Shown: positions 1 through 11,697, counted from the first letter of the stretch. The stretch: DNA of 64,000 nt from Candidatus Kerfeldbacteria bacterium (GCA_903825245.1 CAIJZX010000028.1:1106-65105), one strand, 5' to 3'. Numbers and translations: made by a program. The notes: generated by a model not told the origin, from the letters alone.

Positions 1-2
1 CC

Positions 3-1487
3 AACGTCAACCTTGAACTCTTTCATTCGCAAGATTGGACGAAGTTAACGTATTTTGGGGTAAACTTTCTGGAAAAACCGCCACTGCAGTTTTGGTTAAC
101 GTACCCGCTCTTCGGAATATTCGGCGCAAACGAATTTTCGGTTCGGTTTTGGTCGGTGGCGGCCGGGATTGGTACAGCACTGTTGATTGGTCTGTGGTCA
201 TGGCGGGCATCTCAGAAAAAAATCATTGCCTTGTTGGCGCCCGCGATGTTTATCCTCGGTCGTTTTGCCCTCATTCATGCTTTTCGCACCGGCGACCTGG
301 ACGGCTTACTGACGTTTTTTGTGACGCTGGCGATGTACGGATATTGGCGAGCTAGTGCGCTTACGCACAATGGTCGGTGGATGCTGGTGTGGGGGATGGC
401 GAGCGCCGCCGCCATTATGACAAAGTCACTCGCCGGATTGATACCGGTGATTGTCGTTGGCATCGATGTACTAATCACACGAGGCTGGAAGAAAATTGGA
501 TGGGGGAATATCGCCTGGGGTGTTGGTGCGTTTGTTGTTCTGGTAACACCGTGGCACATGGTTGAAGCACAGCGCTTCGGCAATGCCTTTTGGGATAGCT
601 ATCTTGGCCGTCACGTTCTTGATCGTACCAGCGAAGCGTTATTTAATACCACGTCGTGGACATATTACTTTGGCATTATTCGCGACCGCTTCTTTCCATT
701 CAGCTATCTATTGCCAATTGCGATAATTTCCGGCGTTTGGAGAATGTGGAAACGCGACGGCACATTGGAACGACAATTACTGTTGTGGATTATCACGGTG
801 TTCGCTATTTTCACCTACATTCAAACGCGGCGTGAGTGGTATGTATTGACCCTCTATCCTGCGGCGGTTATGTTGGTCGCATTATCTATACAACAATGGT
901 GGCACGCAACGTGGAAACCGTGGGTGTATGCTGTAGCTACAGTGTGTTGCATCGCGCTCTTCGCCTACATCCCGCAGGATCACTTCTTTTTACTACTCCT
1001 GCAACGTTTTCCCGGAGTAAACGTATTGACGAAAGGAATTTGGCAAAAGAATATTGGACAGCTGATCTTTGGAGTCGCGGCGGCATTATTTGTCTTTGTC
1101 ATTTCATGGTTATTGAGAACGAAACGATTCACACTGTCGAAACGACTGATGCTGACGACGGGCGGTGTAATGTTTTTACTGGTCGGACTTTGGACGATAC
1201 AATATCTTCGTTCGCAACCAACAACACTCCCGTTGAAAACTATCGCGGCCCGCATCGCTAAGGAAAATCCGGAGAATATCCAACTCATCGGCACGAAACT
1301 CAAAAAACAACCAGCCGGCTATTTCTATATTTTGCGGCTTGATACACATAGCATCGAATATCCGCCGCAAACCGATCCGCGCACGCCATTGGTACTCACC
1401 ACAAACGAAGCTTTGAATGCCCCTTTGAATACTGAGGGGAAAGTTCTGGTGCATGCCGGGGTATTTGATTTGATAGATATGCGGTAG
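3..1487 (+). CDS. GT39/ArnT-like (PMT_2 family) membrane glycosyltransferase, 5' end truncated by window edge
   Basis: Frame 3 is open from base 3 with no stop, so the gene extends upstream of the window. The upstream in-frame translation contains ...NFLEKPPLQFWL..., the conserved first-loop EKPPL motif of ArnT/PMT glycosyltransferases. Multiple hydrophobic TM segments follow. Confidence 0.6.
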   Translation, partial: NVNLELFHSQDWTKLTYFGVNFLEKPPLQFWLTYPLFGIFGANEFSVRFWSVAAGIGTALLIGLWSWRASQKKIIALLAPAMFILGRFALIHAFRTGDLDGLLTFFVTLAMYGYWRASALTHNGRWMLVWGMASAAAIMTKSLAGLIPVIVVGIDVLITRGWKKIGWGNIAWGVGAFVVLVTPWHMVEAQRFGNAFWDSYLGRHVLDRTSEALFNTTSWTYYFGIIRDRFFPFSYLLPIAIISGVWRMWKRDGTLERQLLLWIITVFAIFTYIQTRREWYVLTLYPAAVMLVALSIQQWWHATWKPWVYAVATVCCIALFAYIPQDHFFLLLLQRFPGVNVLTKGIWQKNIGQLIFGVAAALFVFVISWLLRTKRFTLSKRLMLTTGGVMFLLVGLWTIQYLRSQPTTLPLKTIAARIAKENPENIQLIGTKLKKQPAGYFYILRLDTHSIEYPPQTDPRTPLVLTTNEALNAPLNTEGKVLVHAGVFDLIDMR

Positions 1488-1490
1488 GTC

Positions 1491-1531
1491 AATGTAGGAA
1501 AAGAAAAACTTCATCGGCTTACGATGAAGTG
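1491..1531 (-). terminator. rho-independent terminator for minus-strand gene 1519..1893
   Basis: 8-bp stem CTTCATCG/CGATGAAG (1509-1531). On the minus strand it is followed by a T-run (plus-strand aaaagaaaaa at 1491-1508). Confidence 0.4.
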
Positions 1532-1893
1532 GTTGATCGTTCGGCAGCCTTACGCTTTTCTTTATTGTAATACGCACTGAGCGTATCGGCGACATCATAT
1601 TCGATGCAGCCGTCAGGGTACACCCGACAACGCACGGGACTGCCGCTGGCGGTGCAGATATCCCACTCTCGAGGCAGAAACTCTACCTCGATGAGCTTGA
1701 CGATAGCCGAGGGCCAAAAGAGGAAGACGAGTCCGAAACAGGTACGGTCGATTTGGACGGCGTGTTTGATCATCGCTGACCACAGGGGCAGCATAGCCAG
1801 GTTGATGATCCAGAACAGAATTGTCAGGACTAGCAGCAATGTCTCTCGTCGATCTCTTCGTCCGATCCAAGGATATTTCTCAGTTTCCTTCAT
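1519..1893 (-). CDS. hypothetical small membrane protein
   Basis: 124-aa ORF with two hydrophobic segments. Its start overlaps the stop of the upstream ORF 1890..2159 (ATGA), and its own terminator sits at its stop. Confidence 0.4.
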   Translation of the reverse strand: MKETEKYPWIGRRDRRETLLLVLTILFWIINLAMLPLWSAMIKHAVQIDRTCFGLVFLFWPSAIVKLIEVEFLPREWDICTASGSPVRCRVYPDGCIEYDVADTLSAYYNKEKRKAAERSTTSS

Positions 1894-2159
1894 GGAGTCC
1901 CTTTCGGTGCCTTTGGCAGTCGTTCACTCAGGAACTTCGTGAACATCATCGCGCTCAGCAGGATGCCAAGCGAACTGAAGACAAAGTCTTCGAGATGATC
2001 AGGGCGTGAGGGAATTTTCGCCATCCAGGAATAGGCGATCAGGACGAGAAGAAAACATCCCGAAAGTATTGCCCGACGATAGAGTGGGCTCATATTTCCT
2101 CCAATGGAAAGGGCAAACTTCGATAGGACGAGTCTACAACTGGTGCCGATTTTTGTCAA
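1890..2159 (-). CDS. hypothetical small membrane protein
   Basis: 89-aa ORF with two hydrophobic segments, translationally coupled to 1519..1893. Confidence 0.3.
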   Translation of the reverse strand: MTKIGTSCRLVLSKFALSIGGNMSPLYRRAILSGCFLLVLIAYSWMAKIPSRPDHLEDFVFSSLGILLSAMMFTKFLSERLPKAPKGTP

Positions 2160-2258
2160 AAGAAAGTAAATTCATCAAGTCGCTCCTCTCCGTCGTCCCG
2201 ACATCTGTCGGGGCTTCCTCCCCATCCCCTGAGTACAGGGGAGGCGTATCTTGACGAA

Positions 2259-2285
2259 TTAGCACTCCTTGCTGTAGACTGCTAA
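2259..2285 (+). promoter_or_regulatory. CIRCE element (HrcA operator) upstream of groES-groEL
   Basis: TTAGCACTC-N9-GACTGCTAA matches the CIRCE consensus TTAGCACTC-N9-GAGTGCTAA with one mismatch. A -35-like TTGACG sits at 2251-2256 immediately upstream. Confidence 0.6.
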
Positions 2286-2462
2286 CTGTAAATACCGATG
2301 GTATTTAGAAGATTTATCGACATTTATTTCAGATTAACTAGCACCACGTCTATGTCCCGTTAGAAATTACTCGGGACAGATACTTACGACCAATCACAAT
2401 AGAGTCTAGAGAAAAACACCACTTCATCAATTTAACTTTATTTCATTAATTTCTAACGGGAT

Positions 2463-4411
<1,949 letters not shown>

Positions 4412-4482
4412 TTGAAAATTCTCGAGTAGAAGTTTATTTGACAGCGCGGGTAGACTACCTCTACTCTGCGTGCACGCAGAGA

Positions 4483-4511
4483 CCCCTCCTCAACTAAGGA
4501 GGGGTTTTGTG
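4483..4511 (+). terminator. rho-independent terminator after groEL
   Basis: Stem CCCCTCCT/AGGAGGGG with loop caacta, followed by TTTTGTGG. A perfect 18-bp palindrome CTCTGCGTGCACGCAGAG (4464-4481) sits immediately upstream. Confidence 0.6.
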
Positions 4512-4586
4512 GCCGCGCTGTTTGTTTGCGCCACAAAAGCTTAAGAGCTATACTGTATTTGAAATATTAAACACTAATACACACCT

Positions 4587-5075
4587 ATGAACGACCTCCT
4601 GAGCATGATGAACAACTATTTAAACGTTCTTTGGTTTGTCCTGTTGATCGGTATGGTGCGCAACATAATTCAAGAACGTGAATTTGTGTTGAGTTGGTTT
4701 CACCACCCAAGAATTGGTAAACATACCGGAGTTAATAGTAAAGAACAGCAACACCGTCGAATGCGAAACCTGCTCTACACACTCGGCGGCGTCTTGATGG
4801 TGCTCATGGCGTGGGCGATGGTGATTACCCTGGCTCGATATTTCTATGGCGTGACAAACATCGCCTTTGCCGGGCATTCGCCGAGCAATATGTTTACGCC
4901 GTTCCGGAATAGTGTCGGTGACTTTGCTGTCCTGGGCGTGATCGGATTTATTATGGCCGGTACGTGTTTTACGCTTTCTGCCGGGGAGCGCTGGTTAGTG
5001 AATACCGGAAAATTATTAACCATCATCACCATTATCGGTTTAGCGTGGTTGTACGTTTTTGCGGCGCTGGGGTAG
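4587..5075 (+). CDS. hypothetical integral membrane protein
   Basis: 162-aa ORF with 4 hydrophobic helices, flanked by terminators. Confidence 0.5.
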   Translation: MNDLLSMMNNYLNVLWFVLLIGMVRNIIQEREFVLSWFHHPRIGKHTGVNSKEQQHRRMRNLLYTLGGVLMVLMAWAMVITLARYFYGVTNIAFAGHSPSNMFTPFRNSVGDFAVLGVIGFIMAGTCFTLSAGERWLVNTGKLLTIITIIGLAWLYVFAALG

Positions 5076-5089
5076 GAAAATAATTACAA

Positions 5090-5122
5090 CAGCGCCGGTT
5101 TCGAAACCGGCGCTGTTTTGTG
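5090..5122 (+). terminator. rho-independent terminator
   Basis: Stem CAGCGCCGGTT/AACCGGCGCTG with loop tcga, followed by TTTTGTG. Confidence 0.6.
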
Positions 5123-5145
5123 AAAACAAAAAACAAGAAAAGAAC

Positions 5146-5174
5146 TTGATTTTTTCCTAAAAATATGCTATACT
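5146..5174 (+). promoter_or_regulatory. sigma70-like promoter
   Basis: TTGATT (5146-5151), 17-nt spacer, TATACT (5169-5174). The predicted TSS falls at the start of the 20-bp inverted repeat leader. Confidence 0.4.
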
Positions 5175-5287
5175 CCACCCATGCCCAGCACTACAATAAC
5201 TACCATAGCTTCATGCGGTGATTCTCGAAGTAGTACTGAGCTTCAACAGGTGATGGTCTTTCTTATTTCTTTATTGTAGTGCTGGGC

Positions 5288-5701
5288 ATGTCGGATTATC
5301 AAACGTTGCCGCCGACCCGAGCGATGATCGGGAAGTGGAGCGTTGATCGGTACATGGCGCTGATACGGCGTTGGATGTATGTCGGTGGCGGAATGGTCGC
5401 CATCCTGACACTAACATCGCAGGCGCGATGGATGACCATCGTCGTTGAAGCAGTTATTCTGCTGGCTATCGGTTGGATTGTTGTTCAACGGAGCGGCGGA
5501 AAGACGGAAAGCTTAGCCGCCGGTGCATTTGTCGGAATATTTCTCGGTCTCGCTAGTTCATTGTGTCATTACATTGTCGCACCGAACGTGGCCAACGGCA
5601 TCAGCATCATTATCGAAACACTCGTGACGGGATTGGCGGCGCCGCTCGTGGCCGTGACCGGAACGCTCATCGCAACAATTATTCATCAACAAAAAAACTA
5701 A
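5288..5701 (+). CDS. hypothetical membrane protein
   Basis: ~137-aa ORF with 4 TM helices. ATG at 5288 lies inside the 3' arm of a 20-bp perfect inverted repeat; a GTG at 5279 is also in frame. Confidence 0.5.
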   Translation: MSDYQTLPPTRAMIGKWSVDRYMALIRRWMYVGGGMVAILTLTSQARWMTIVVEAVILLAIGWIVVQRSGGKTESLAAGAFVGIFLGLASSLCHYIVAPNVANGISIIIETLVTGLAAPLVAVTGTLIATIIHQQKN

Positions 5702-5712
5702 CGCCTTACGCT

Positions 5713-8109
5713 ATGCCTACACCGCGCAGTAAACAGTTCGTCTTGTGGTTCAATGAGCTTGGAATTAAGGATGTGCCGCTCGTCGGCGGAAAGAACGCCT
5801 CGTTAGGCGAAATGTATCGGACGCTGACGCAGAAAGGCGTACGCATTCCGAACGGCTTCGCGGTTACCGCCGCATCGTATTTTTATTTCCTGAAAACGAC
5901 GGGCATCAAGCAGGAAATAAAGAAAATATTAAAAGATCTCGATACCTCAGACATGAAAAATTTGTCTGAGCGCGGTGAAAAAGTGCGGCAAACGATCCTT
6001 GATGCGGAACTACCGGCGGATTTGAAGCGCACGATCGTCACCAATTACCGAAAATTGGAAAAAGAGTTTTTCAAAGGCGTTGATGTCGCCGTTCGCTCGT
6101 CAGCGACGGCCGAAGACTTACCCGATGCATCGTTTGCTGGCCAACAGGAAACGTATTTGAATATTCGTGGGGAAGCGGATTTACTGCTGGCCGTAAAAAA
6201 GTGTTTCTCGTCGCTGTTTACGAATCGCGCTATTTCCTACCGCCACGACAAAGGATTTGATCATTTCTCGATCGGTCTCAGCGCGGCGGTGCAGAAAATG
6301 GTGCGTTCGGATAAAGCCTGTTCCGGCGTCATGTTCTCGATTGATACCGAATCTGGTTTCCGCGACGCCGTACTGTTAACCGGCTCCTATGGACTCGGTG
6401 AAAACATCGTCCTCGGCCGCGTTAATCCGGACGAGTTCTATGTCTTTAAGCCGACCTTAGCCGAAGGCAAGCAGGCGATTCTGACGCACAAGCTCGGCGA
6501 TAAGTTGATTAAGATGGTCTACACCGGCGACCATACGCATCCGACGAAAAATATTCCGGTGCCGCCGTCCGATCGCACGAAATTTATTTTGAATGATAAA
6601 GAAATCGAGCAATTAGCCAAGTGGGCGGTGGTTATCGAACAGCACTACGGTAAGCCGATGGATATGGAATGGGCGAAGGACGGCCGTTCGAAGCACCTGT
6701 TCATCGTTCAGGCTCGTCCGGAAACCGTGCACTCGCATGAAAAGAAAGACGTGCTCGAAGAGTACATTCTTGCGCCGCACAAAGCCAAGACGCTCGTAAC
6801 CGGCGCGCCGGTCGGTTCGAAAATCGGCGGCGGAAAAGCACATATCATTCTCGAAGCGGCGCAAATCAACCAATTTAAAGCCGGCGAAGTCCTGGTGACG
6901 GACATGACCGACCCGGATTGGGAGCCGATCATGAAAATCGCTTCGGCGATTGTCACTAACCGCGGCGGTCGCACCTGCCACGCCGCGATCATCGCCCGCG
7001 AGCTCGGTATTCCGGCGATGGTTGGAACGAAAAACGCCACGAAAGCCATCAAGACCGGACAAGACGTGACGGTCAGTTGTGCTGAAGGCGCAAGCGGCGC
7101 GGTCTACGAAGGACTGTTGAAGTACAAGGTCGTCACGCACAACTTGAAAGCGTTGAAGCGCCCGCCGGTGAAGATTATGATGAACATTGGTAATCCGGAT
7201 CAAGCCTTTGCCCAAAGCCTTATTCCGAACGATGGCGTCGGATTAGCCCGAGAAGAGTTCATCACGGCGTCGTGGATCGGCATTCACCCAATGGCGCTCA
7301 TTAAGTATCCGCGCTTGAAAGATAAAAAAGCCAAGAAACTGATTGATGAAAAAACAATCGGCTACAAAGACAAGACGAAATTCTACGTCGATACAATGGC
7401 GTCAGGTGTGGCCATGATTGCTGCGGCGTTCTACCCGAAAGATGTGATTTTACGCTTAGCTGACTTTAAATCGAATGAATATTCGACGCTCATTGGCGGT
7501 AAAGAATTTGAACCGGTGGAAAGTAACCCGATGATGGGTTGGCGTGGCGCAGCTCGCTACTATAGCGATGCCTATCTCGAAGCGTTTAAACTTGAATTGA
7601 AGGCGATGGTCAAGGTGCGGGAGAAAATGGGACTGACAAACTTAAAGTTGATGATTCCGATGTGCCGCACGACCGACGAAGCGCACAAGGTGCTGAAAAT
7701 TATGGCGGAGAACGGTTTAGTACAGGGAAAAAATGGACTGCAAGTTTACGTCATGGTCGAAGTTCCGTCGAATGTTATTCTGATTGAAGAATTCGCCAAA
7801 ATTTTCGACGGTTTCTCGATTGGTTCGAATGATTTAACGCAATTCACCTTAGCCGCCGACCGCGATTCGGAGCTTGTCAGTCATGTCTACAATGAACACA
7901 ATCCAGCAGCGATGTGGATGTTCTCGCACGCGATTCAAGGCGCCAAAACCGCTAAGCGAAAAATCGGATTCTGCGGCCAAGCGCCGTCTGATTATCCGGA
8001 CATTGCGCTCTTCCTGGCCGAACAAGGCATTGATTCCATCTCGCTCAACCCGGATACGGTCTTGAAGACGACGATGATGTTGAACGAGAAACTGCACCAC
8101 AAGAAATAA
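5713..8109 (+). CDS. ppsA: phosphoenolpyruvate synthase (pyruvate, water dikinase)
   Basis: N-terminus MPTPRSKQFVLWFNELGIKDVPLVGGKNASLGEM, a TNRGGRTCHAAIIARELGIPAMVG phosphohistidine domain, and a C-terminal PEP-utilising domain. The ORF track start at 5563 is an upstream in-frame extension overlapping the previous gene; ATG at 5713 is the likely start. Confidence 0.9.
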   Translation: MPTPRSKQFVLWFNELGIKDVPLVGGKNASLGEMYRTLTQKGVRIPNGFAVTAASYFYFLKTTGIKQEIKKILKDLDTSDMKNLSERGEKVRQTILDAELPADLKRTIVTNYRKLEKEFFKGVDVAVRSSATAEDLPDASFAGQQETYLNIRGEADLLLAVKKCFSSLFTNRAISYRHDKGFDHFSIGLSAAVQKMVRSDKACSGVMFSIDTESGFRDAVLLTGSYGLGENIVLGRVNPDEFYVFKPTLAEGKQAILTHKLGDKLIKMVYTGDHTHPTKNIPVPPSDRTKFILNDKEIEQLAKWAVVIEQHYGKPMDMEWAKDGRSKHLFIVQARPETVHSHEKKDVLEEYILAPHKAKTLVTGAPVGSKIGGGKAHIILEAAQINQFKAGEVLVTDMTDPDWEPIMKIASAIVTNRGGRTCHAAIIARELGIPAMVGTKNATKAIKTGQDVTVSCAEGASGAVYEGLLKYKVVTHNLKALKRPPVKIMMNIGNPDQAFAQSLIPNDGVGLAREEFITASWIGIHPMALIKYPRLKDKKAKKLIDEKTIGYKDKTKFYVDTMASGVAMIAAAFYPKDVILRLADFKSNEYSTLIGGKEFEPVESNPMMGWRGAARYYSDAYLEAFKLELKAMVKVREKMGLTNLKLMIPMCRTTDEAHKVLKIMAENGLVQGKNGLQVYVMVEVPSNVILIEEFAKIFDGFSIGSNDLTQFTLAADRDSELVSHVYNEHNPAAMWMFSHAIQGAKTAKRKIGFCGQAPSDYPDIALFLAEQGIDSISLNPDTVLKTTMMLNEKLHHKK

Positions 8110-8115
8110 CGACTA

Positions 8116-10263
8116 ATGTCGGAACCACGAACAACGTATATTGGCCTGGCGATCATCATCGCCGGGCTCGTGGTATACGGCGGACTTCAGATTCAACAGC
8201 TTACTCCGGTAGCCCATAGTGCTGCTGTCCAGACGGTTCCGCCGTCGAACAATTGGGCGTTCCCGCACACGACGTTGTATGGCGGGGGTTCTTCATCGGG
8301 TTGGCCGTTCACCGGAAATGAAAGCGATCTCCAGGCACCAATCGGTGCACCGTTGAATCCGACGGTGATCGCCGACTATGCCCGTTTTCCAATGATCATC
8401 ATCCCGATCACGCCATCAGGGGATACGCGTCCGGATATTCTTGCCGCTCTGCGTCAACAAAATCCGCAACAGAAAATATTCGCCTATGTCCATGCGACGG
8501 GAATATGGTGTCCAGCTGATTCGAGCAATAACAACTCCTATCCAATGAACGGATTTTATCGTCAAGAATATCTCGACGCGACGTTTGGTGATCCGAGTTG
8601 TGCCTCAAAAAGTAGTGGTCTTCTTTGGATGCAGGATGGAACATCAGCCACTAATAATCTGAATGGCGCTGGAATGAATATGAACTTGGCGCATCGTATC
8701 GATCTCGGCGGCGGTAATTACCAATACGATGTGGCCGATGCGTTGGCGACTACAGCAGCTACATATGCTATTCAATCCCATAACTACGATGGGTTGTTTC
8801 TCGATGTCTTTTGCCCGGACATACAGTGGATGGATCCGATTGATCCAAATCAACCTTACGTTTCGCCGACGAATTTCGACTATGTTAAAGCTGGGTATGG
8901 CGTAGATAAAGATGCCAATGGAAAGTATATTAACGACCAGGCAAGCCATGATGCGTTTCACGCTGGTTGGCAAGCGGGTCAGCAAGCATATACTGAGAAG
9001 CTTCGTGCGTTAGCAATTGCCAACGGACAACCAAACTACCCGATAAGCGGAAACTGTGCTCAGGCGCCGACTCGGCTCCAGCCATATCTGAACGGGTGGA
9101 TGCGCGAAGGCTTTCCGTTCCAAAACTGGTACGCCGGTGCGGCAAATTTCTACTCGAATATGCTGGCTTGGCCATGGGGGTACCTGCACCAAGATCAAGA
9201 TTTTCTCTCGCCGCAATATAATTTTATCTTTACGCCAGCTACCTCGGACTATAAAGACAGTAATGGGATTCCAGTCTACAGTCCATATAGCGTTACCAAT
9301 CAACGGAAAATGCGCTACGGCCTGGGAAGCGCCTCTCTAGGGAATGGCTCAGCTGAATTCCATGACAGCAGTGGTAATCCGGCCTACGGACTATGGTACC
9401 AATGGTGGTATGACGAATATGGTGTACGTACCGATCTGCCGCAAACTAATCCCGCCTTTGCCCAGGCGGTCAAGGATAGCCAACATACAACATGGCTCGG
9501 TATGCCGCTCGGCTCCGCCTACGCACAACCGTCGAATACATTCGCTACCATACCGAATATCCTCATCACCAATACAGGATTTGAAACGGCTGGCGCAGAC
9601 CCGTCGTCGATTCCCGCTTGGACATCGGTTATCAATTCTCAGTTTACGTCGAATACCATACACCGTGACTCCTCATCTGCGGGCGAAGGATTGGCCTCTG
9701 CACGAATTGATGTGGTAACCGTCGATCCGACGAACGCAAATCAGACCGCTTTGGAGACCGGTTCGTTTGCAATTGCCAATGGCCAAACATATACCATAAG
9801 TTTTAAAGCCAAAGCTTCAGCTTCGTTGCCGATCAATGTCAACCTCGGTTCGTACGTGGGTCAAACACTTCGAGCCGACACCGAGTGGCGGGAGTACCAA
9901 GCGGTGGTTACGACTGTGGTCGGTGAGCCAGCGGCGAGCGTAGAATTTGGATTCGCCCTTCAAGCGGGAACCTATTGGCTTGATGATGTACACGTCCAGG
10001 TCGGAGCATTGGGAGTTTGGCGTCGTGATTTTGAGCATGGCACGGTTCTGGTAAATCCAACGAATACGGCTCAGACGATACTTTTAGAAAAACCTTTCCA
10101 ACATATCCGCGGTACAGTTAACCCGACAGTAAATGATGGCTCGATAACCAGCCAAGTAACGATTGCCGGAACGGATTCCGGCGGCGGTGTCGGTGATGCA
10201 ATATTTCTCGTAGCCCGCGACCAAGTTGCACCAGCTGCAGTTACCAACCTTCAGGCGCCGTAA
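8116..10263 (+). CDS. membrane-anchored secreted glycoside-hydrolase-like TIM-barrel protein with C-terminal CBM4/9-like carbohydrate-binding module
   Basis: N-terminal TM anchor. The central region has GH-like motifs (FAYVHATGIW, GLFLDVFCPD). The C-terminal ~150 aa (NTGFETAG...YTISFKAKAS...YWLDDVHVQ) match the CBM_4_9 pattern. Confidence 0.45.
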   Translation: MSEPRTTYIGLAIIIAGLVVYGGLQIQQLTPVAHSAAVQTVPPSNNWAFPHTTLYGGGSSSGWPFTGNESDLQAPIGAPLNPTVIADYARFPMIIIPITPSGDTRPDILAALRQQNPQQKIFAYVHATGIWCPADSSNNNSYPMNGFYRQEYLDATFGDPSCASKSSGLLWMQDGTSATNNLNGAGMNMNLAHRIDLGGGNYQYDVADALATTAATYAIQSHNYDGLFLDVFCPDIQWMDPIDPNQPYVSPTNFDYVKAGYGVDKDANGKYINDQASHDAFHAGWQAGQQAYTEKLRALAIANGQPNYPISGNCAQAPTRLQPYLNGWMREGFPFQNWYAGAANFYSNMLAWPWGYLHQDQDFLSPQYNFIFTPATSDYKDSNGIPVYSPYSVTNQRKMRYGLGSASLGNGSAEFHDSSGNPAYGLWYQWWYDEYGVRTDLPQTNPAFAQAVKDSQHTTWLGMPLGSAYAQPSNTFATIPNILITNTGFETAGADPSSIPAWTSVINSQFTSNTIHRDSSSAGEGLASARIDVVTVDPTNANQTALETGSFAIANGQTYTISFKAKASASLPINVNLGSYVGQTLRADTEWREYQAVVTTVVGEPAASVEFGFALQAGTYWLDDVHVQVGALGVWRRDFEHGTVLVNPTNTAQTILLEKPFQHIRGTVNPTVNDGSITSQVTIAGTDSGGGVGDAIFLVARDQVAPAAVTNLQAP

Positions 10264-10271
10264 GAGTTGAC

Positions 10272-10727
10272 ATGCCATCATCGGAGGAGTATGTTGCTCC
10301 TACGCACTTTTTGGTTTTAACTGCAGGTCGCTTACCACCCGTGGAGGATCAGACTTCGTCTGCTGTCACTTTGATCACGATGATCAACGATTGGCCTACG
10401 AGGAATTGTCCAATGGATCAGTCGCCGCAGATTCGGACGCTGGATGAAGCCGTGACGGTTGCCAACCTTCGTCTGGTACTCAACGAGCATCTGTCGCTCA
10501 CGAGCGCTCAGCTGGAAGAGCTGAGCTCGAACGAAGCGTTCATCAGTCTGGCCATGTCCAAGCTGGACGGCGCAGACGTGAATCAGGCCGAATTGGCCGA
10601 GACGAAGAAGCGCTGTATCACACTCGTGTCCAGCCGCAATCTGGCCAAGTCCGGATCTGCCTGCTGTGCGATCAAGAAGATTGAAGCCGATCTGACTACC
10701 TACGCCGAGGTCCTGCTCTCGAGCTAA
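10272..10727 (+). CDS. hypothetical protein
   Basis: Helical-looking ORF with a plus-strand terminator directly downstream. It is somewhat GC-richer than its flanks. The overlapping minus-strand ORF translates to Arg-rich junk. The true start may be the internal M (MDQSPQIR...). Confidence 0.3.
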   Translation: MPSSEEYVAPTHFLVLTAGRLPPVEDQTSSAVTLITMINDWPTRNCPMDQSPQIRTLDEAVTVANLRLVLNEHLSLTSAQLEELSSNEAFISLAMSKLDGADVNQAELAETKKRCITLVSSRNLAKSGSACCAIKKIEADLTTYAEVLLSS

Positions 10728-10737
10728 CCTCACCGCA

Positions 10738-10766
10738 CTCCCGCTATTTCTGAACGGGAGTTTTTC
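10738..10766 (+). terminator. rho-independent terminator
   Basis: Stem CTCCCG/CGGGAG with an 11-nt loop, followed by TTTTTCTTATT. Confidence 0.5.
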
Positions 10767-11330
10767 TTATTCCGCGTTCATCAATTCCACTAACTTCCTA
10801 ACCGTATTAATATTCCGCGCAGTCATGTGTTTGTAGACCCGCGTGCCGATGAACTTGTGCATGCCGCTTTTGTTGTAAAACTTGCGATCAACGTGCCACA
10901 CGATTGCTCCGGGGCAGTATGAGAGTTCGTCGACGTCCGGATTCTGGATGATTTCTTTGAGTGTTTCCTTCCTATCAACTTCATCCCACAGAAATAGCAC
11001 ATCGGTTTTCTGATCGGCGTCGTTTTGCCACTTACTGGGAACCGCTTTCACAATCGCGGCGATGCTTTGTTCATCACGAATCACCACCGGAATCACAAAG
11101 GAAAAAGCCTTATCCAATCCGGTGCGAATGAGTGTGAGAATGGTTTCTGTTTTTTTATCTGTAGTAAACAACACATTGCCAGAATTGATATAAGTTGAGA
11201 TCTGGCTAAAACCGAGCGACAGAAATAGCTCCCGAAGTTTTTTCATTTCCACTCGGCTATTTCCACCGACGTTAATTCCGCGTAGAAGGGCGACGTAGGT
11301 CGTTTGTTGTTTCACTGTTTTGGTTGGCAT
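10767..11330 (-). CDS. DUF1697 family protein
   Basis: N-terminus TYVALLRGINVGGNSRVEMKKLRELFLSLGF is the signature of DUF1697. Confidence 0.7.
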   Translation of the reverse strand: MPTKTVKQQTTYVALLRGINVGGNSRVEMKKLRELFLSLGFSQISTYINSGNVLFTTDKKTETILTLIRTGLDKAFSFVIPVVIRDEQSIAAIVKAVPSKWQNDADQKTDVLFLWDEVDRKETLKEIIQNPDVDELSYCPGAIVWHVDRKFYNKSGMHKFIGTRVYKHMTARNINTVRKLVELMNAE

Positions 11331-11399
11331 GAAGCGCAGTATAGCAAGGAGCTCTCTCTTTTCAAAATCACGTCAATCTGGTAGGGTAAGTCCTGCATT

Positions 11400-11487
11400 G
11401 GAGGGTTCGCATAGTGGCCTAGTGCATACGCTTGGAAAGCGTACATACCGCAAGGTATCGAGAGTTCGAATCTCTCACCCTCCGCCA
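11400..11487 (+). tRNA. tRNA-Ser (anticodon GGA), CCA encoded
   Basis: Acceptor stem GGAGGGT/ACCCTCC. Anticodon stem-loop TACGC-TTGGAAA-GCGTA gives anticodon GGA. Long variable arm (ATACC/GGTAT). T-arm GAGAG-TTCGAAT-CTCTC, discriminator G, then CCA. Confidence 0.85.
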
Positions 11488-11558
11488 ATACAATCTTTTA
11501 TCGGAGCCGACCCACGTGGCTCAAGCGGTAGCAGGTTGCATTGGCACATATATACCCA

Positions 11559-11598
11559 ACCCCTTGTCGGAGTACCCGACGAGGGGTTCTATGTTTTT
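11559..11598 (+). terminator. terminator after tRNA-Ser
   Basis: 12-bp stem ACCCCTTGTCGG/CCGACGAGGGGT (one G-U pair) with loop agtac, followed by tctatgttttt. Confidence 0.5.
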
Positions 11599-11654
11599 AC
11601 TTCATTTAGATAAAAGGTGACCACTGCGCCTAAAGTGGAGTGGCGTCAATGTTC

Positions 11655-11697
11655 GAATAAGAAAAATACCCCACGAGCTAATTGCTCTTGTGGGGTA
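11655..11697 (-). terminator. minus-strand rho-independent terminator
   Basis: 11-bp stem TACCCCACGAG/CTCTTGTGGGGTA (one G-U pair), followed on the minus strand by TTTTTCTTATTC. It sits ~190 nt downstream of the kinase gene stop at 11885. Confidence 0.4.

Noticed and set aside
5563-5712. Upstream extension of ppsA to the ORF-track start at 5563
   Set aside because: The extension overlaps the preceding membrane-protein gene and encodes Arg/His-rich junk. The canonical PpsA N-terminus begins at ATG 5713.
10332-10733. Minus-strand 133-aa ORF overlapping the 10272..10727 gene
   Set aside because: Its translation is Arg-rich junk, and the only terminator (10738-10766) is oriented for the plus strand. 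The plus-strand ORF is kept with low confidence.
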